From positions 288,001 through 352,000 of the forward strand of contig CBDHHL010000056.1 of the NCBI GenBank assembly GCA_965263355.1: 64,000 nucleotides of DNA, in the 5' to 3' direction. Each line of letters starts with the position of its first letter. Within the stretch, counting starts at the first letter, position 1. Shown piece by piece: positions 21,261-31,636 of this stretch. Origin of the DNA: Leptolyngbyaceae cyanobacterium. Its GTDB lineage: Bacteria > Cyanobacteriota > Cyanobacteriia > Phormidesmidales > Phormidesmidaceae. Made by a program: the position numbers and the translations under genes. The notes below the pieces were generated by a model that searched no databases, had not been told where the DNA came from, and worked only from the letters and a program-made list of their open reading frames with translations.

Positions 21261-23849
21261 TTATTCAAACTGGGGGGGGAGTTCTTGGGGGGATACTCTA
21301 CCTGGCCTACTGGGAACGGGTATCCTGACGGCCCCACTATTGGCTCCATCTGCGCTAGCAGCAGCATCTCCAGTAGCATTGGCGGCACCGTCTGCATCCC
21401 CAGCTGCCGCATCTCCCGTGTTAACAACAATTGTTGGACTCTCTGGTGTCGGATCGTAGGTGGTAATTGTAATCGAGCGGGTTAATTGCTCTCCAGCTAC
21501 ATTGATCACCTGTAGGGAGACCTGCATTGCCCCAGGCTCTGGACTCAGAGGCACAGGCAATACCCCTTCTACAGGTACATTACCTGGAGCTGGCATTAAC
21601 ATCACCTGGGTCCCTGGATTATTTTCTACTTCCCAGGCTAGTTCCAGGTTAATTAGCGGTTGTCCCTGATCAACAGGTACCAGATAATTGGGTTGGGCCG
21701 GTTCTCCATTCAGGGTAAAGGTTAATAAACGGGGGGGACGGGGTTGAATCTGGGTGGGTTCACTGGTGAGTAAAATCGGTTTCTCAGGCGATTCTCCTTT
21801 TGGTATTGCCATTAGATCAAAGGTATAGGTACCCGCCTGACGCAACCCCGTGGGCACGTTCCGACAAATTAGCTGGGTTTCCAATAGGCAGAAATTAGTG
21901 AGTTCTGACGGCAAGCCAGCCTGAAAATCAAATGAAAACAGGGGTGTGACCACAGTGCCCTCCGCATCTCGTCCAACCAGGTGAAGCGTTTTTAGTTGTT
22001 CTGGATGGTCAACTTTCCAGTTGACTCTGGCAACATAGGGATCTTTTTCTAGTAGCACTGGAATAAATGCTGGTGGAGAGTCTGCGGCTGGCTCATTGGA
22101 GTCTGCTGCTTTTGTTGGTTTTTTATCTGTTGTTTGGGTTGTCTTATCAGTTGCCTCGCTCGGTTGCTTTTTTGGGGGTGGCGGTGCTTCTGAATAAAAC
22201 CCTAAGGTGGGAGTCAGTTCTAAAATGGTGGGCAGGGGAGCAGGAACAATTGTGACAGGTAAAGCCGTTGCCTTTGTTGATATGGCATTACGACCCGGCT
22301 TTGGAATTAGGGAAAGCGTAAATGTATAATCCCCTGAGCGTCTGGCATCGGTGCGGATATTGCGGCAGGTGAGTTGTTTTTTTCGGATTATACACAGGGA
22401 TTCTAAATTAGCTGGCAACCCCTTAGTAAAATCATACGTTAAGGGTCCACTGGCTAGTTCTCCTTCCGCTGATAGGCCGACAATTTCTAACCGTTGTATG
22501 CGTTGAGGATTGGTAATCTCAAAGCCAACATGGATGGTGTCGCCTTGGGCAGCGCTATAGGCTGTATCTTCTGGTGAAAATCGCAAAATATTAGCAGGTG
22601 CTGGTGGGCGAATAAACAAATACCAGGCTAACCAGACGAGCCCGATAAATGAACCCAGTAACAATAAAATAACTGGCAGAATTTGCCACCAGGGTCGGGC
22701 TTCCCACATTAAAAGCCCCTGCATCGGTATATCGGGCAGTGGTTTTTTCTCGGCGTCGATTGTTGTGACTTCAAAGTTAATCACGCGCCCACCCCCAAAT
22801 AGTGGACGCCGCCAGGGATTTTTAGGCTGAACAGAAATCTGGCTGAGTAGGGTTTGTTGCGGTGCTAACGTCAGGGACTGGGGCTGAATCTGATAGTCGC
22901 AAAGATTGCCGTCTTCCAGACCTAAAATTTTAAACTCTAGCGTTCTGGGGGTATTGCCCTGGTTGCTGGCTTGGATACTATATAGCCCTGACTGTTGCTG
23001 TACGCGACTTACCAGGGTACGAAAGCGAGTATCAAGCTGATAAACTGGGTCAACTGTGATGTATAGAACATCTAACAGCTTTAGGTCTGGATTGTTTTCA
23101 GATTTTAGCTGCAGCGTCGCCAGCATAGTGGCTGCCAGGGCATCTGATGGTGGTGTAATCGTCAATAAAATGATGCCTTCCATACCTGGGTTGAGATCCA
23201 GATAAGGTTCTGTGATGGCCAGACCTGGCAGTTGAAATCCTTGGGGATAGTTAATGGTAACCCAATCATCTGATAAGTCAGTACACCTTAGTCGAAACCG
23301 ATCAACTCGGTCAGCTCTGTTGTAAACATATATTTGAAACTGGAGTGGATTGCCAGGTAGGGTTTTAACCGGCTTAGTAGTGCTAGAAACCGGTTCTACG
23401 GCAAATGTTGGATCGTTTACCCTGGCAATGGTGTGGGCTGGTGGTAACACCTGCAGGGTTTGCTCATATCGCTGGGGCGGACTGTCGGGGTAATGGTTAG
23501 GAGCATCTACTATCAGTCGATAGCGATAGGCTCCTGATAGAGCTGAGGCTGGTACCTGAAAGCAAAAGGTGACTTCTTCCCCTTGCCCTGGATCTAGTGC
23601 CAGACGGGTTTGTGTCGTCTGGCACCAGTCATGAATAACCGTTGGTAGGTCGTCCAGGTAAACGTCAATAATGGCACTCTGATTTCCCTTATTGTTAATC
23701 GTGACGCTGATGTCTAAACGCTCTCCTGAGAGTACAGAATCTTCTCCGGAGGAAGAAAGGATGATCCCAATGGGCTGAGATAGGGTGATCTCAGTCGGTT
23801 CCATGGCTACATCGGGTAGCGATCGCATGGGCAAAGAGAAATGGGTCAT
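21261..23849 (-). CDS. CIS-associated single-pass membrane protein (candidate membrane anchor)
   Basis: Ig-like N-terminal domains, TM WWQILPVILLLLGSFIGLVWLAWYLFI and two repeated Cys-pair domains; last gene of the baseplate operon. Confidence 0.7.
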   Translation of the reverse strand: MTHFSLPMRSLPDVAMEPTEITLSQPIGIILSSSGEDSVLSGERLDISVTINNKGNQSAIIDVYLDDLPTVIHDWCQTTQTRLALDPGQGEEVTFCFQVPASALSGAYRYRLIVDAPNHYPDSPPQRYEQTLQVLPPAHTIARVNDPTFAVEPVSSTTKPVKTLPGNPLQFQIYVYNRADRVDRFRLRCTDLSDDWVTINYPQGFQLPGLAITEPYLDLNPGMEGIILLTITPPSDALAATMLATLQLKSENNPDLKLLDVLYITVDPVYQLDTRFRTLVSRVQQQSGLYSIQASNQGNTPRTLEFKILGLEDGNLCDYQIQPQSLTLAPQQTLLSQISVQPKNPWRRPLFGGGRVINFEVTTIDAEKKPLPDIPMQGLLMWEARPWWQILPVILLLLGSFIGLVWLAWYLFIRPPAPANILRFSPEDTAYSAAQGDTIHVGFEITNPQRIQRLEIVGLSAEGELASGPLTYDFTKGLPANLESLCIIRKKQLTCRNIRTDARRSGDYTFTLSLIPKPGRNAISTKATALPVTIVPAPLPTILELTPTLGFYSEAPPPPKKQPSEATDKTTQTTDKKPTKAADSNEPAADSPPAFIPVLLEKDPYVARVNWKVDHPEQLKTLHLVGRDAEGTVVTPLFSFDFQAGLPSELTNFCLLETQLICRNVPTGLRQAGTYTFDLMAIPKGESPEKPILLTSEPTQIQPRPPRLLTFTLNGEPAQPNYLVPVDQGQPLINLELAWEVENNPGTQVMLMPAPGNVPVEGVLPVPLSPEPGAMQVSLQVINVAGEQLTRSITITTYDPTPESPTIVVNTGDAAAGDADGAANATGDAAASADGANSGAVRIPVPSRPGRVSPQELPPQFE

Positions 23850-23902
23850 AGTTACCTAAGGGAGCAGAGGAAACAGCGTAGGGGTGGGCATTGCCCACCA
23901 CC

Positions 23903-26125
23903 CTATGGGCAAAACTTATTATTGGCTTTGGTGTGATGCAGTTTGACGCGCCGATGATCACTGCCGCTGACAACTAACAAGGTTTGATTCTGTTGCTGGA
24001 TATCGACACTGTTAACGGGTTTGCCAAAATGGGCCAATTTCTTCTTATCCATAACCTGGCCTATCTGGTTGAGGTACCAGAGCATAACTCGACCATCATC
24101 ACCACCACTAGCCAGGTAACAGGCGTCTTTACTCAGGGCTACGGTATTTACAGGCTCGCCCTTGTGACCGTCTGTCCATTGATCGCTCACCTGGCAAACG
24201 GTGACGTTATGCAGGCACTTATCCAGATTCCATAGGGTAATGCGCCCTTGATTATCTGCTGTCGCTAAGCGGGTTGAGGTCGTATCTGCCGTATCTAAAC
24301 TGGAAATATAGTGGTTGGGCTCACCTGCAGGATAGGACAAAAAGTGTTGCCGATCCGTGGTCACATTCCATAAAACTAAGTGATTAAATCGTCCGCCAAT
24401 CGCTAGCAGATGAGATTGGTGGTTATCGGCTGGGTCAGTATCTGTAATCGGTGCGATCGCTTGAATAGCAAAATTAAAGTGCTGCTCTTGGGCAGGAGCC
24501 ATACCTTGACCTAAGTCAGCTAGATCATCGATGGCCCAGCGTAGTACCGTTCCACTCCCATGGGCGCTAAAAAGACTTTGGGAATCGTAGCTAAATTGAA
24601 GGTCAAATACTCGATCATCTCGATGGAATACTAATGTTTTTGGCGGTGATTTGGATAAAAAGTCCCAGAGTTGAATTTCCCCATTCTCTAAACCCGCTGC
24701 CAATAAATCATTGTTTCGGGGGCGGTAACGAACGACGCGAACGGATTTACCAGTGTGGGTCAGTCGTTCGATGTCTTTGAAGTGGGGTGAGACTTGCCAG
24801 CGATAGAGGGTATGGTCATCAGCTCCACTAATAACGGTATTGGCCTGACCATCGAACTGCACGCTGTTGACAGCGTCACGGTGACCATAGGGCCAATTGA
24901 GGGCTGCTATTGTAGCTAGACTGAGGCTAATGCCTCCTAGACACTGTAGCCAGAAAGGGATTTTAGGGGTGGCCAATAGTTCAACGGTTTGGCTCGTTGG
25001 TCGTATTTCTGTTTGTTGTAGCTGGGGGCGTAGCTTAAACTGTTGTCGTCGCTGCCAGCCCCACCAGGGCGCTCTAGGGGAAAGGGTTAAGGCCATCTGG
25101 GCGCTGTCATCTGCTGGCAACTCCACCTGGGCTGGACTCAGCTGTAGCATGTGGGATGTGGTCATTGCCGGTGCGGGTGGACGGTGGCGTAGCATGGCCC
25201 AAATTTTTTGGTACCAAGATATATCAATCCGCATTAAGCTGATCGCAACGGACTGAGAGACATTACTCTGATTGTTGAGAGTAAGGACATAGCGACTTGA
25301 CGGATTATCTCTTTTCTTTCTTGAAGAGGTCCCTGAAGGGGGCTCTGAAGAAGCTCCTGAAGACGTATCTGCAGATTGAGGTTGATCTAATTCACATGAA
25401 AATTCAACCCAGCCTGTTGGCAATACTGTCAGGGTGCCTTGCTGTTGTACAACGGGTGCCTCAGTTTGGTTAACTTCAATATAGAATGGATAGACTTTTG
25501 CTTCACTGGCAGCTGGCAGTTGACAGATAAACAAACTATAAGCACTGCCTTGGGACGCTACCTGCAAGCGACGTTCGTGACCATCGGTAAGCCATGCTTT
25601 GGGTAGACCTTTGAGGCTAACTCGCATGTACGCTGTGTTACGGTTAGCGTTAAAAAGCTGAAAAGGAATCTCGAACAAGTCCCCTGGTGCGGCCTGGAAA
25701 TCAGTTGTGGGCATCTGTAGCGAGGGAGATAGTACCCCAGATCCAGCTACAACAAGATTAACCAGCTGTCGATCTTCTTGATCTAGCTCTAGACAAGTGA
25801 CATTAACATTGAGGTTCATTTTGCCGGTAAAACCACCGGGGATGGGGGGAGTTTCTAAAATATTCACCACAAAGTTGACTTGATCACCCGCCGGAATCTT
25901 GGCCGATATGTCTGGGGTTAACCGATACCAATCGGGGGTGGCCTGGCGATCGAGTCCTGATGCTGATAGTTCCAGGGCAAAGGTGGCAAACCGATCGCTA
26001 AGATTGTTGACCATGACTTCAAACTGGTCATTGCCCGTTCCTAGGTGGACCGTATGGGTAGAAAGTTGGGTAAGAATCTGTTTGGGCATGGTCAGAGGAT
26101 GGGTGTTAATGACGGGGTTAACCAT
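23903..26125 (-). CDS. CIS crown-like protein with C-terminal WD40 propeller
   Basis: Ig-like N-terminus, a hydrophobic segment and WD40 repeats (GHRDAVNSVQF, GHKGEPVNTVAL...LASGGDDGRVMLW). Confidence 0.75.
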   Translation of the reverse strand: MVNPVINTHPLTMPKQILTQLSTHTVHLGTGNDQFEVMVNNLSDRFATFALELSASGLDRQATPDWYRLTPDISAKIPAGDQVNFVVNILETPPIPGGFTGKMNLNVNVTCLELDQEDRQLVNLVVAGSGVLSPSLQMPTTDFQAAPGDLFEIPFQLFNANRNTAYMRVSLKGLPKAWLTDGHERRLQVASQGSAYSLFICQLPAASEAKVYPFYIEVNQTEAPVVQQQGTLTVLPTGWVEFSCELDQPQSADTSSGASSEPPSGTSSRKKRDNPSSRYVLTLNNQSNVSQSVAISLMRIDISWYQKIWAMLRHRPPAPAMTTSHMLQLSPAQVELPADDSAQMALTLSPRAPWWGWQRRQQFKLRPQLQQTEIRPTSQTVELLATPKIPFWLQCLGGISLSLATIAALNWPYGHRDAVNSVQFDGQANTVISGADDHTLYRWQVSPHFKDIERLTHTGKSVRVVRYRPRNNDLLAAGLENGEIQLWDFLSKSPPKTLVFHRDDRVFDLQFSYDSQSLFSAHGSGTVLRWAIDDLADLGQGMAPAQEQHFNFAIQAIAPITDTDPADNHQSHLLAIGGRFNHLVLWNVTTDRQHFLSYPAGEPNHYISSLDTADTTSTRLATADNQGRITLWNLDKCLHNVTVCQVSDQWTDGHKGEPVNTVALSKDACYLASGGDDGRVMLWYLNQIGQVMDKKKLAHFGKPVNSVDIQQQNQTLLVVSGSDHRRVKLHHTKANNKFCP

Positions 26126-27330
26126 TGATGCATACGACGACGGCGGGCAGCAAAAGTTAAGAGGTTAATACCAAATTCCTGGGCGCTACGGATGTCCTCG
26201 CGGGAAAGATACAGGTCTTTGCTAATGCCCCAGGCTTGAGGCAGGGGACCCACCAGTAATAACAGTCCACCCCAGCCATAAAGCCCAACCGGTTGGCCGT
26301 GGATGGTGGGCCATTGGCTAAAACTAAAGGGGTGCGATCGCACTTCCTGATCTATCGCTTTAAGGCTTAAGCCTTCATTGGTCAAAAACGTTAGCAATGG
26401 CTCAGTTAATTGAGCGACAGCTTCATCAATACAGTCTTCAATTTTAGCAATTTCTTGTTGGGCCGATGTGTGTAGCGATGTATTGGCCCCTTGAGTCGCT
26501 AAGGCACTCCGTAACTCAGATTCAACCCGATATAGCTCACCTAGTTGGTCCGCTATTGCTTCCACCAAGATCACCCCACCTTGCTGAAGATACTGAGCAA
26601 TTTGGCGCTGATCGGGACGCGGCAGGTCACAAAAATCGTCATAGGAGAGATAGGTCAAGTCACTCTCTAGCACCTGTGTTGTGATGTGGCCATATAAAGC
26701 TGGATAGAGACCTGGCAGACTAGAAAATAGGGCTTTAAAGTGAGAAATAATCGGGCCATGGTGAGACCAGGCTGCGACACTGGCTGTCAGTTGAGGACGG
26801 GGTTTCACCCATTGGCGATGCCGTAAATCGAGCTGATTAATGGTAGGGGCAAACACATCCTCTGGAGAGACTATCTCCACATCTCCCACCCCCAGACGTA
26901 CCCGGCATAGTTCTACCTCATTCGCCTCTGCGGGGACATCTTTTTCAATAATCTGAAAGGCTTCCTGAACAATCTCGGATTGAGATGATCGTTCTGAATG
27001 CTTCAGCACGATATAAATCGTTGTCTCAGCAGTGGGTTGAGCTGAAAGGTAACAGTTTTCCACATTGGATACCACAATGGGATTCCCCTGGGCATCAATC
27101 GCTAAACCAGGCTGAATAGCCAGCCAACGCGGTTGTCGATACTTGCTAGGAGCTTCCTCTGGAATGGGAGCAATGCTCACCCCTAACCCACTGACAATGC
27201 CACCTTGGTGTAGGGCTTCATAGTGAATAGTTTGTCGTTGTTGGTGATAGCCATGGGCAATTTGCCAATGGTCGGCGGTAATCAGCATACCGTCGTTAAC
27301 CTGAATTCGCTGGAGAGGAGTAGGGTTCAT
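26092..27330 (-). CDS. CIS baseplate-associated DUF4159-type protein
   Basis: RIQVNDGMLITADHW...GIVSGL...PGLAIDAQG N-domain and YLQQGGVIL...EFGINLL C-domain; likely start is MNPTP at 27330. Confidence 0.75.
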   Translation of the reverse strand: MNPTPLQRIQVNDGMLITADHWQIAHGYHQQRQTIHYEALHQGGIVSGLGVSIAPIPEEAPSKYRQPRWLAIQPGLAIDAQGNPIVVSNVENCYLSAQPTAETTIYIVLKHSERSSQSEIVQEAFQIIEKDVPAEANEVELCRVRLGVGDVEIVSPEDVFAPTINQLDLRHRQWVKPRPQLTASVAAWSHHGPIISHFKALFSSLPGLYPALYGHITTQVLESDLTYLSYDDFCDLPRPDQRQIAQYLQQGGVILVEAIADQLGELYRVESELRSALATQGANTSLHTSAQQEIAKIEDCIDEAVAQLTEPLLTFLTNEGLSLKAIDQEVRSHPFSFSQWPTIHGQPVGLYGWGGLLLLVGPLPQAWGISKDLYLSREDIRSAQEFGINLLTFAARRRRMHQWLTPSLTPIL

Positions 27331-27337
27331 CGGGATA

Positions 27338-27370
27338 GAGGGGGAGAGGGGGAGAGGGGGAGAGGGGGGG
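27338..27370 (+). repeat. G-rich octamer tandem repeat (GAGGGGGA)n
   Basis: gagggggagagggggagagggggagagggggggtag. Confidence 0.9.
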
Positions 27371-27451
27371 TAGCGGCGAAAAGCCGTGTAATGCTTGGCA
27401 AACTCATGCCCTACCCACCATTCAACGATCAATGGTCAATTAAGGAGATTA

Positions 27452-28468
27452 TTATTGCGGCGTGATGGTCAGGTCGTAGGTACAGAACGCAGGTTTTTCC
27501 TGTTCGATGATGGTACGAATGAGGGGTTCATCCAGGGGGTAGTCCAAGGGAGGACGCAGATGAACGCTGAAGTGGTACGGGAGATTGCCACTGAGAATGG
27601 TGGATTCTCCTAGAACAGTTTTTCCCAATACACAGCCCTGGCTAAAGTTCTCATGGATACCGATGGCTCGTTGAGATTCATCAGCGGCATGGTCATCTAG
27701 GGGTAAACCACTGGCCAGATGGAGGTAAAATCGCAAACCACGTCGAGTGCCACGCCATCGGTAAATCTCCATGGCATAGCGGATCAGGGCACGTTGTTGA
27801 GCTAAACTGAGCGGCCCTTGAAACGACCAGCCGACCCAATGGGCCAGGAACGGTAGCATGGCCTGGGGGGCGGTGAGTGGATCGAGGTAGGCCCACTGAT
27901 GATCGAGAATATCAACGGTAGGCTCAAAGGTGGTTTCAAAGATTTTGAGAAACCGACCAACAAAATCAACATTGCGATAGATGTCAGGGAGAAAGTCGAG
28001 ATAAAGACTCGGAGGTCTGACCAGCACCTGAAAAGGACTAATCTGTTCCTGACTATCCCCTCGCGATGTGGTGGCAGTGACGGTCAACTGGCCCGTGTAA
28101 TCTAGCTTCAGGGGAAGTTGTTCGGGGGAGAGCGGCTGTTCAAAGAAGTCGGCTGCGATCGCAAAATATAGCACCGCTTCCATTTGATGACGACCGGGTA
28201 GACTAGACCCTTCCGTACGCAGTTGCCACCAATCGGAGGGGAGATCTCCGGTGACCGAGAAGTCAAGCTGAATCGGGTGATTAGAACGATTTTTGATCCG
28301 CACCACCAGCTCACTCAACTCCCCTGGCTGGAGACACAGTTTAGTGGTTAACGTCTGGGGAATTAATGCCTGACGAGAGAAGACTATGGCTGACTCGACG
28401 GCAGCTTCTGGTACCTGGAGAGGCAGCAGTTCAAGACTCATCATTTGTCCCGCTTGCACCTGTGACAT
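27452..28468 (-). CDS. CIS baseplate wedge protein (P2 gpI-like)
   Basis: YLDFLPDIY, RFLKIFE, LPFLAHWVGW, IYRWRGTRRGL, IIEQEKPA. Confidence 0.9.
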   Translation of the reverse strand: MSQVQAGQMMSLELLPLQVPEAAVESAIVFSRQALIPQTLTTKLCLQPGELSELVVRIKNRSNHPIQLDFSVTGDLPSDWWQLRTEGSSLPGRHQMEAVLYFAIAADFFEQPLSPEQLPLKLDYTGQLTVTATTSRGDSQEQISPFQVLVRPPSLYLDFLPDIYRNVDFVGRFLKIFETTFEPTVDILDHQWAYLDPLTAPQAMLPFLAHWVGWSFQGPLSLAQQRALIRYAMEIYRWRGTRRGLRFYLHLASGLPLDDHAADESQRAIGIHENFSQGCVLGKTVLGESTILSGNLPYHFSVHLRPPLDYPLDEPLIRTIIEQEKPAFCTYDLTITPQ

Positions 28469-28479
28469 CGCCCCCTCCT

Positions 28480-30654
28480 CTAATTAATCAAACTAATGAT
28501 GTGGCCTGAACGTAGCTGCGTATCTGCCCAAGAACAGACCAAGCCTAATGGCCCTGGCTTAACCACATTGTCAGGGGCAAGCTGACGGACCCAGCCATTT
28601 TCCTGTCGGCGTAGCTCATAGAGCATAACGGCCCCGAGATAACGCACGCCGGTTATGCCCTGCAACAAGGTGATAATGTCTGATGGATGGACTGCTGTAC
28701 CAAAGGGCCACCCCCGCCCATTACGCCCCCCCGTAAGCGGATTTAAAAACCGATAGAGAGCTACTTGCAAATCATGGAGAATAACCTGTTGAGCTTCAGG
28801 GGCACCGTAGGCCGAATCAATGGCGACTTCTGTTTTTACAGTTACCCCTACATACTCAGGGGACTGGAGCTTAACCTGTACCCCCAGGGGGCGACGCTCG
28901 TCTAGATACTGGGTAACCTGTTGAGTCAGCTGCTGAGTCAGGTCGAAGGCGTCAGGTGCGATCCCCATAGCCGTATCGATGTTAGTGATATTGGCCTGGG
29001 GCACTAACATAACGTTGACTACCCCCGGTTGACTATTGATTTGTTGCGGACAAATGCTGCGGGCCACAGTGCCCTGACTGGCTTCAATGGCAAGGGTTTC
29101 GAAGTCTTCTGGGGTCACTGCTCGATCGCGGGTGCGCAACAATCGGGGTACCCGCAATACGGCATTATCCAGGGATTCAGCATCGGCTCCGTGGTAGGCG
29201 GCTCCATGGTTAATCACTGAAGCGACATAGGGAACCGCTGATTTAATCACCCGCAACGTATGGGGCTGTACATTTCCTTGCTGTCCCCCCCCGGTGCGAT
29301 AAGCCCGCATGGTGATTATGGCCCCCCTAGGAGGAACGGCTCCATACTGTCGTTCTAGCAACTGTGGGGTGGTGGTGAGTACGGTGGTGCCGTGGGATTG
29401 TTGTTGCGATCGCACCCTTGTGGCTGTCCTCAGTTGCCCAGGCTCTCGAATTAACGGCCCAAACTGCACCAGACCGGTCAGTGAATCGACCGTATAATGG
29501 CAATCCTCCGGGCCAGAATCCGCAAAATCAGTTACCTCTTGCCAGTCTTGCTGCACACCGTTGGGGAGAATGACCGATAAAATTTCAGTCTCATCACGGG
29601 GCAACACAGGACGATTTTGCAGTTGAAAACTTTGTCCTGGCTGGCCATCACTTTCACCCAATAATTCATCTTGAACCAGGGTGCATTGACTGGCATCGAC
29701 GGTGCCCCCAATGGAACGAGCTGAAACACTCAGTAACCGAGGCGAGCTGCTATAGGCAGGTACTCCCAGGTCAGGAGTTGTACAAACACAGCGGAGCCAA
29801 CGGCCTCGATAGCTAGCAAAATCAGTCACCGGCAATTGTTGAGGTAGGTGTAGCACCACCTCTCCCTGTTGAACATCGCTGGTGCTGCCGGTGTTATAAA
29901 AGCTAAACCCACTGGTCTCGTCATCACTTTCCTGCATCAGCACCGGCACCCAAGTTTGACCATTCCAGGCTTCCCATTGACGAGGCGGAGTTTCAGGCCG
30001 AATTCCTGTTGGTGTGGCTGTTTCACCCTGAAAGTTAAGGGCAATAACATTGCCCTCCAGGGACTGGTCTGGATCAAGCACCAGATAAAAGCTGTTACCG
30101 GGACGAGGGGTGGGATTAAAAATGCTCTGCTCACTCCCTGTCCAGTGACCATTAGCATTACGGCGCCAGCGGGTAGATAAGCGATCTTGTAAAACATTCG
30201 GAATACGCTCAGCCGTATCTGCGGTCAGCAGATGATTGATCAGTGGAATACCAATGGTCAGGGGGCGATCAGTACTAAAGACAATGGCCTCTTCTGTCTC
30301 AGTACGCTCAGTTGCCACCTCTACGGCCATGGGAATTTGGTAAGGCTCTGGTAAACTGGCCGCCAGATAAAACGTAATGGCGGTATGGGCGGGGGCCGGC
30401 GGCTGTAAACGAATCCCCAACAGCTCTAGAAAAGCGACATAATTACGACGGGGAACCTGGTTAAACCGCATCATCATTTGATCGGTGAGCCAGCCAAATA
30501 GCTCCACCATGGTGATGCCCGGATCACTGGGATTGTGATTAGTCCACTCTGGACAGTATCGCGGCACGCGCAATAGACATTCTTCGACCAGGTCCTTAAA
30601 GGTGCGGTCGTCTAAGTTTGAATTAGGTAGCTGGGGGAGAAAATCAAATTCCAT
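28480..30654 (-). CDS. CIS baseplate J-like protein
   Basis: LDDRTFKDLV, PEWTNHNPSDPGIT, YRTGGG, RAVTPEDFE. Confidence 0.95.
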   Translation of the reverse strand: MEFDFLPQLPNSNLDDRTFKDLVEECLLRVPRYCPEWTNHNPSDPGITMVELFGWLTDQMMMRFNQVPRRNYVAFLELLGIRLQPPAPAHTAITFYLAASLPEPYQIPMAVEVATERTETEEAIVFSTDRPLTIGIPLINHLLTADTAERIPNVLQDRLSTRWRRNANGHWTGSEQSIFNPTPRPGNSFYLVLDPDQSLEGNVIALNFQGETATPTGIRPETPPRQWEAWNGQTWVPVLMQESDDETSGFSFYNTGSTSDVQQGEVVLHLPQQLPVTDFASYRGRWLRCVCTTPDLGVPAYSSSPRLLSVSARSIGGTVDASQCTLVQDELLGESDGQPGQSFQLQNRPVLPRDETEILSVILPNGVQQDWQEVTDFADSGPEDCHYTVDSLTGLVQFGPLIREPGQLRTATRVRSQQQSHGTTVLTTTPQLLERQYGAVPPRGAIITMRAYRTGGGQQGNVQPHTLRVIKSAVPYVASVINHGAAYHGADAESLDNAVLRVPRLLRTRDRAVTPEDFETLAIEASQGTVARSICPQQINSQPGVVNVMLVPQANITNIDTAMGIAPDAFDLTQQLTQQVTQYLDERRPLGVQVKLQSPEYVGVTVKTEVAIDSAYGAPEAQQVILHDLQVALYRFLNPLTGGRNGRGWPFGTAVHPSDIITLLQGITGVRYLGAVMLYELRRQENGWVRQLAPDNVVKPGPLGLVCSWADTQLRSGHIISLIN

Positions 30655-30662
30655 GGTGGTCC

Positions 30663-31085
30663 CTACTCATCAGATGGGGTGAGATAAAATGGATAGACCA
30701 AACTCCGACGATGGTGACTTTCCCGGATGCGGTAGTTAACCGTGATGTTAAGACTGGCAGGATCAGGCAAGGGGGTAGCAGTCACTGATTCAACATCAAC
30801 CCGAGGCTCCCACTTATGGATGGCTTCACGGGCATAGATCTGGGCTAACAGTAGCGTGTCATCATTAAGGGGGGCAAATACCAGCTCATGCAGGCGAGAA
30901 CCAAAGTCTGGTCGATAAACTCTCTCTCCAAGTCGAGTGCTCAGAATGAGCACAATCGATTCCTCAAGATTGCGATAATCGTTGCTAAACTGCAGACCTC
31001 CCTGCAGGGTTAACCGCATCGGGAACCCCCAACCTTGTCCTAAAGTCTCTTTAGTAGTTACCAATATGCTTGCTTTTGTTGTCAA
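30663..31085 (-). CDS. GPW/gp25 family baseplate protein
   Basis: LGQGWGFP, TRLGERVYRPDFGS, WEPRV, LVYPFY. Confidence 0.95.
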   Translation of the reverse strand: MTTKASILVTTKETLGQGWGFPMRLTLQGGLQFSNDYRNLEESIVLILSTRLGERVYRPDFGSRLHELVFAPLNDDTLLLAQIYAREAIHKWEPRVDVESVTATPLPDPASLNITVNYRIRESHHRRSLVYPFYLTPSDE

Positions 31086-31224
31086 CTTTTTTTGTTATGT
31101 TAGCGAGTCCAGGTTGAGAAAACTTCCGTAATTCTGACGATTTGCATAAGCTGGGTGTTTGGAGTAAAACGGTAAGCACAGATGAAGTTCATTTGATGCA
31201 ATTTACTTGAGAGATTATTTAATT

Positions 31225-31434
31225 ATGGCTAGAGAACAAGTCGCTAAGCTTTTTCGTGAGGCTCAAGCAAATCCAGCCCTACGTGACTCTCTGAGTGCAG
31301 CTCCCAGTCCAGAGTTGTTTGTAGCAATGGCCAATCAAAAAGGATTCTCATTTACCATTAAAGAATGGCAAGAAATGACAAATTTCTCTGTGGAAGAACT
31401 CGAATGTGAACTCTCTGAAATTCCTGGAATTTAA
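31225..31434 (+). CDS. Nif11-like leader peptide protein with no core
   Basis: MAREQVAKLFREAQANPALR...FVAMANQKGFSFT...ELSEIPGI*. Confidence 0.8.
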   Translation: MAREQVAKLFREAQANPALRDSLSAAPSPELFVAMANQKGFSFTIKEWQEMTNFSVEELECELSEIPGI

Positions 31435-31496
31435 GAGTTTGAGCTACATTGACCCAGCTGTGTCCCTTGATTTTTTGACTTTTCGCTCTATCGCAT

Positions 31497-31530
31497 CTTA
31501 GAAGGCAGTTTGGATGTCCTGCCTTCTAAG
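31497..31530. terminator. Hairpin between convergent genes
   Basis: cttagaaggcag...ctgccttctaag, a 12-bp stem followed by a T-rich tract. Confidence 0.7.
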
Positions 31531-31636
31531 GTATTTTTATTTAAGAGGTGTTTTGACGTCTTATCCAAAATCCTGGTTATCTGCATCCGATATCGCAAGG
31601 CACCCACAAGGGACTGCCCCTACAAAATTGTTCACT

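Noticed and set aside
27331..27432. Pro-rich N-terminal extension of the DUF4159 protein
   Set aside because: It is the translation of an intergenic repeat; the recognisable domain starts at MNPTP
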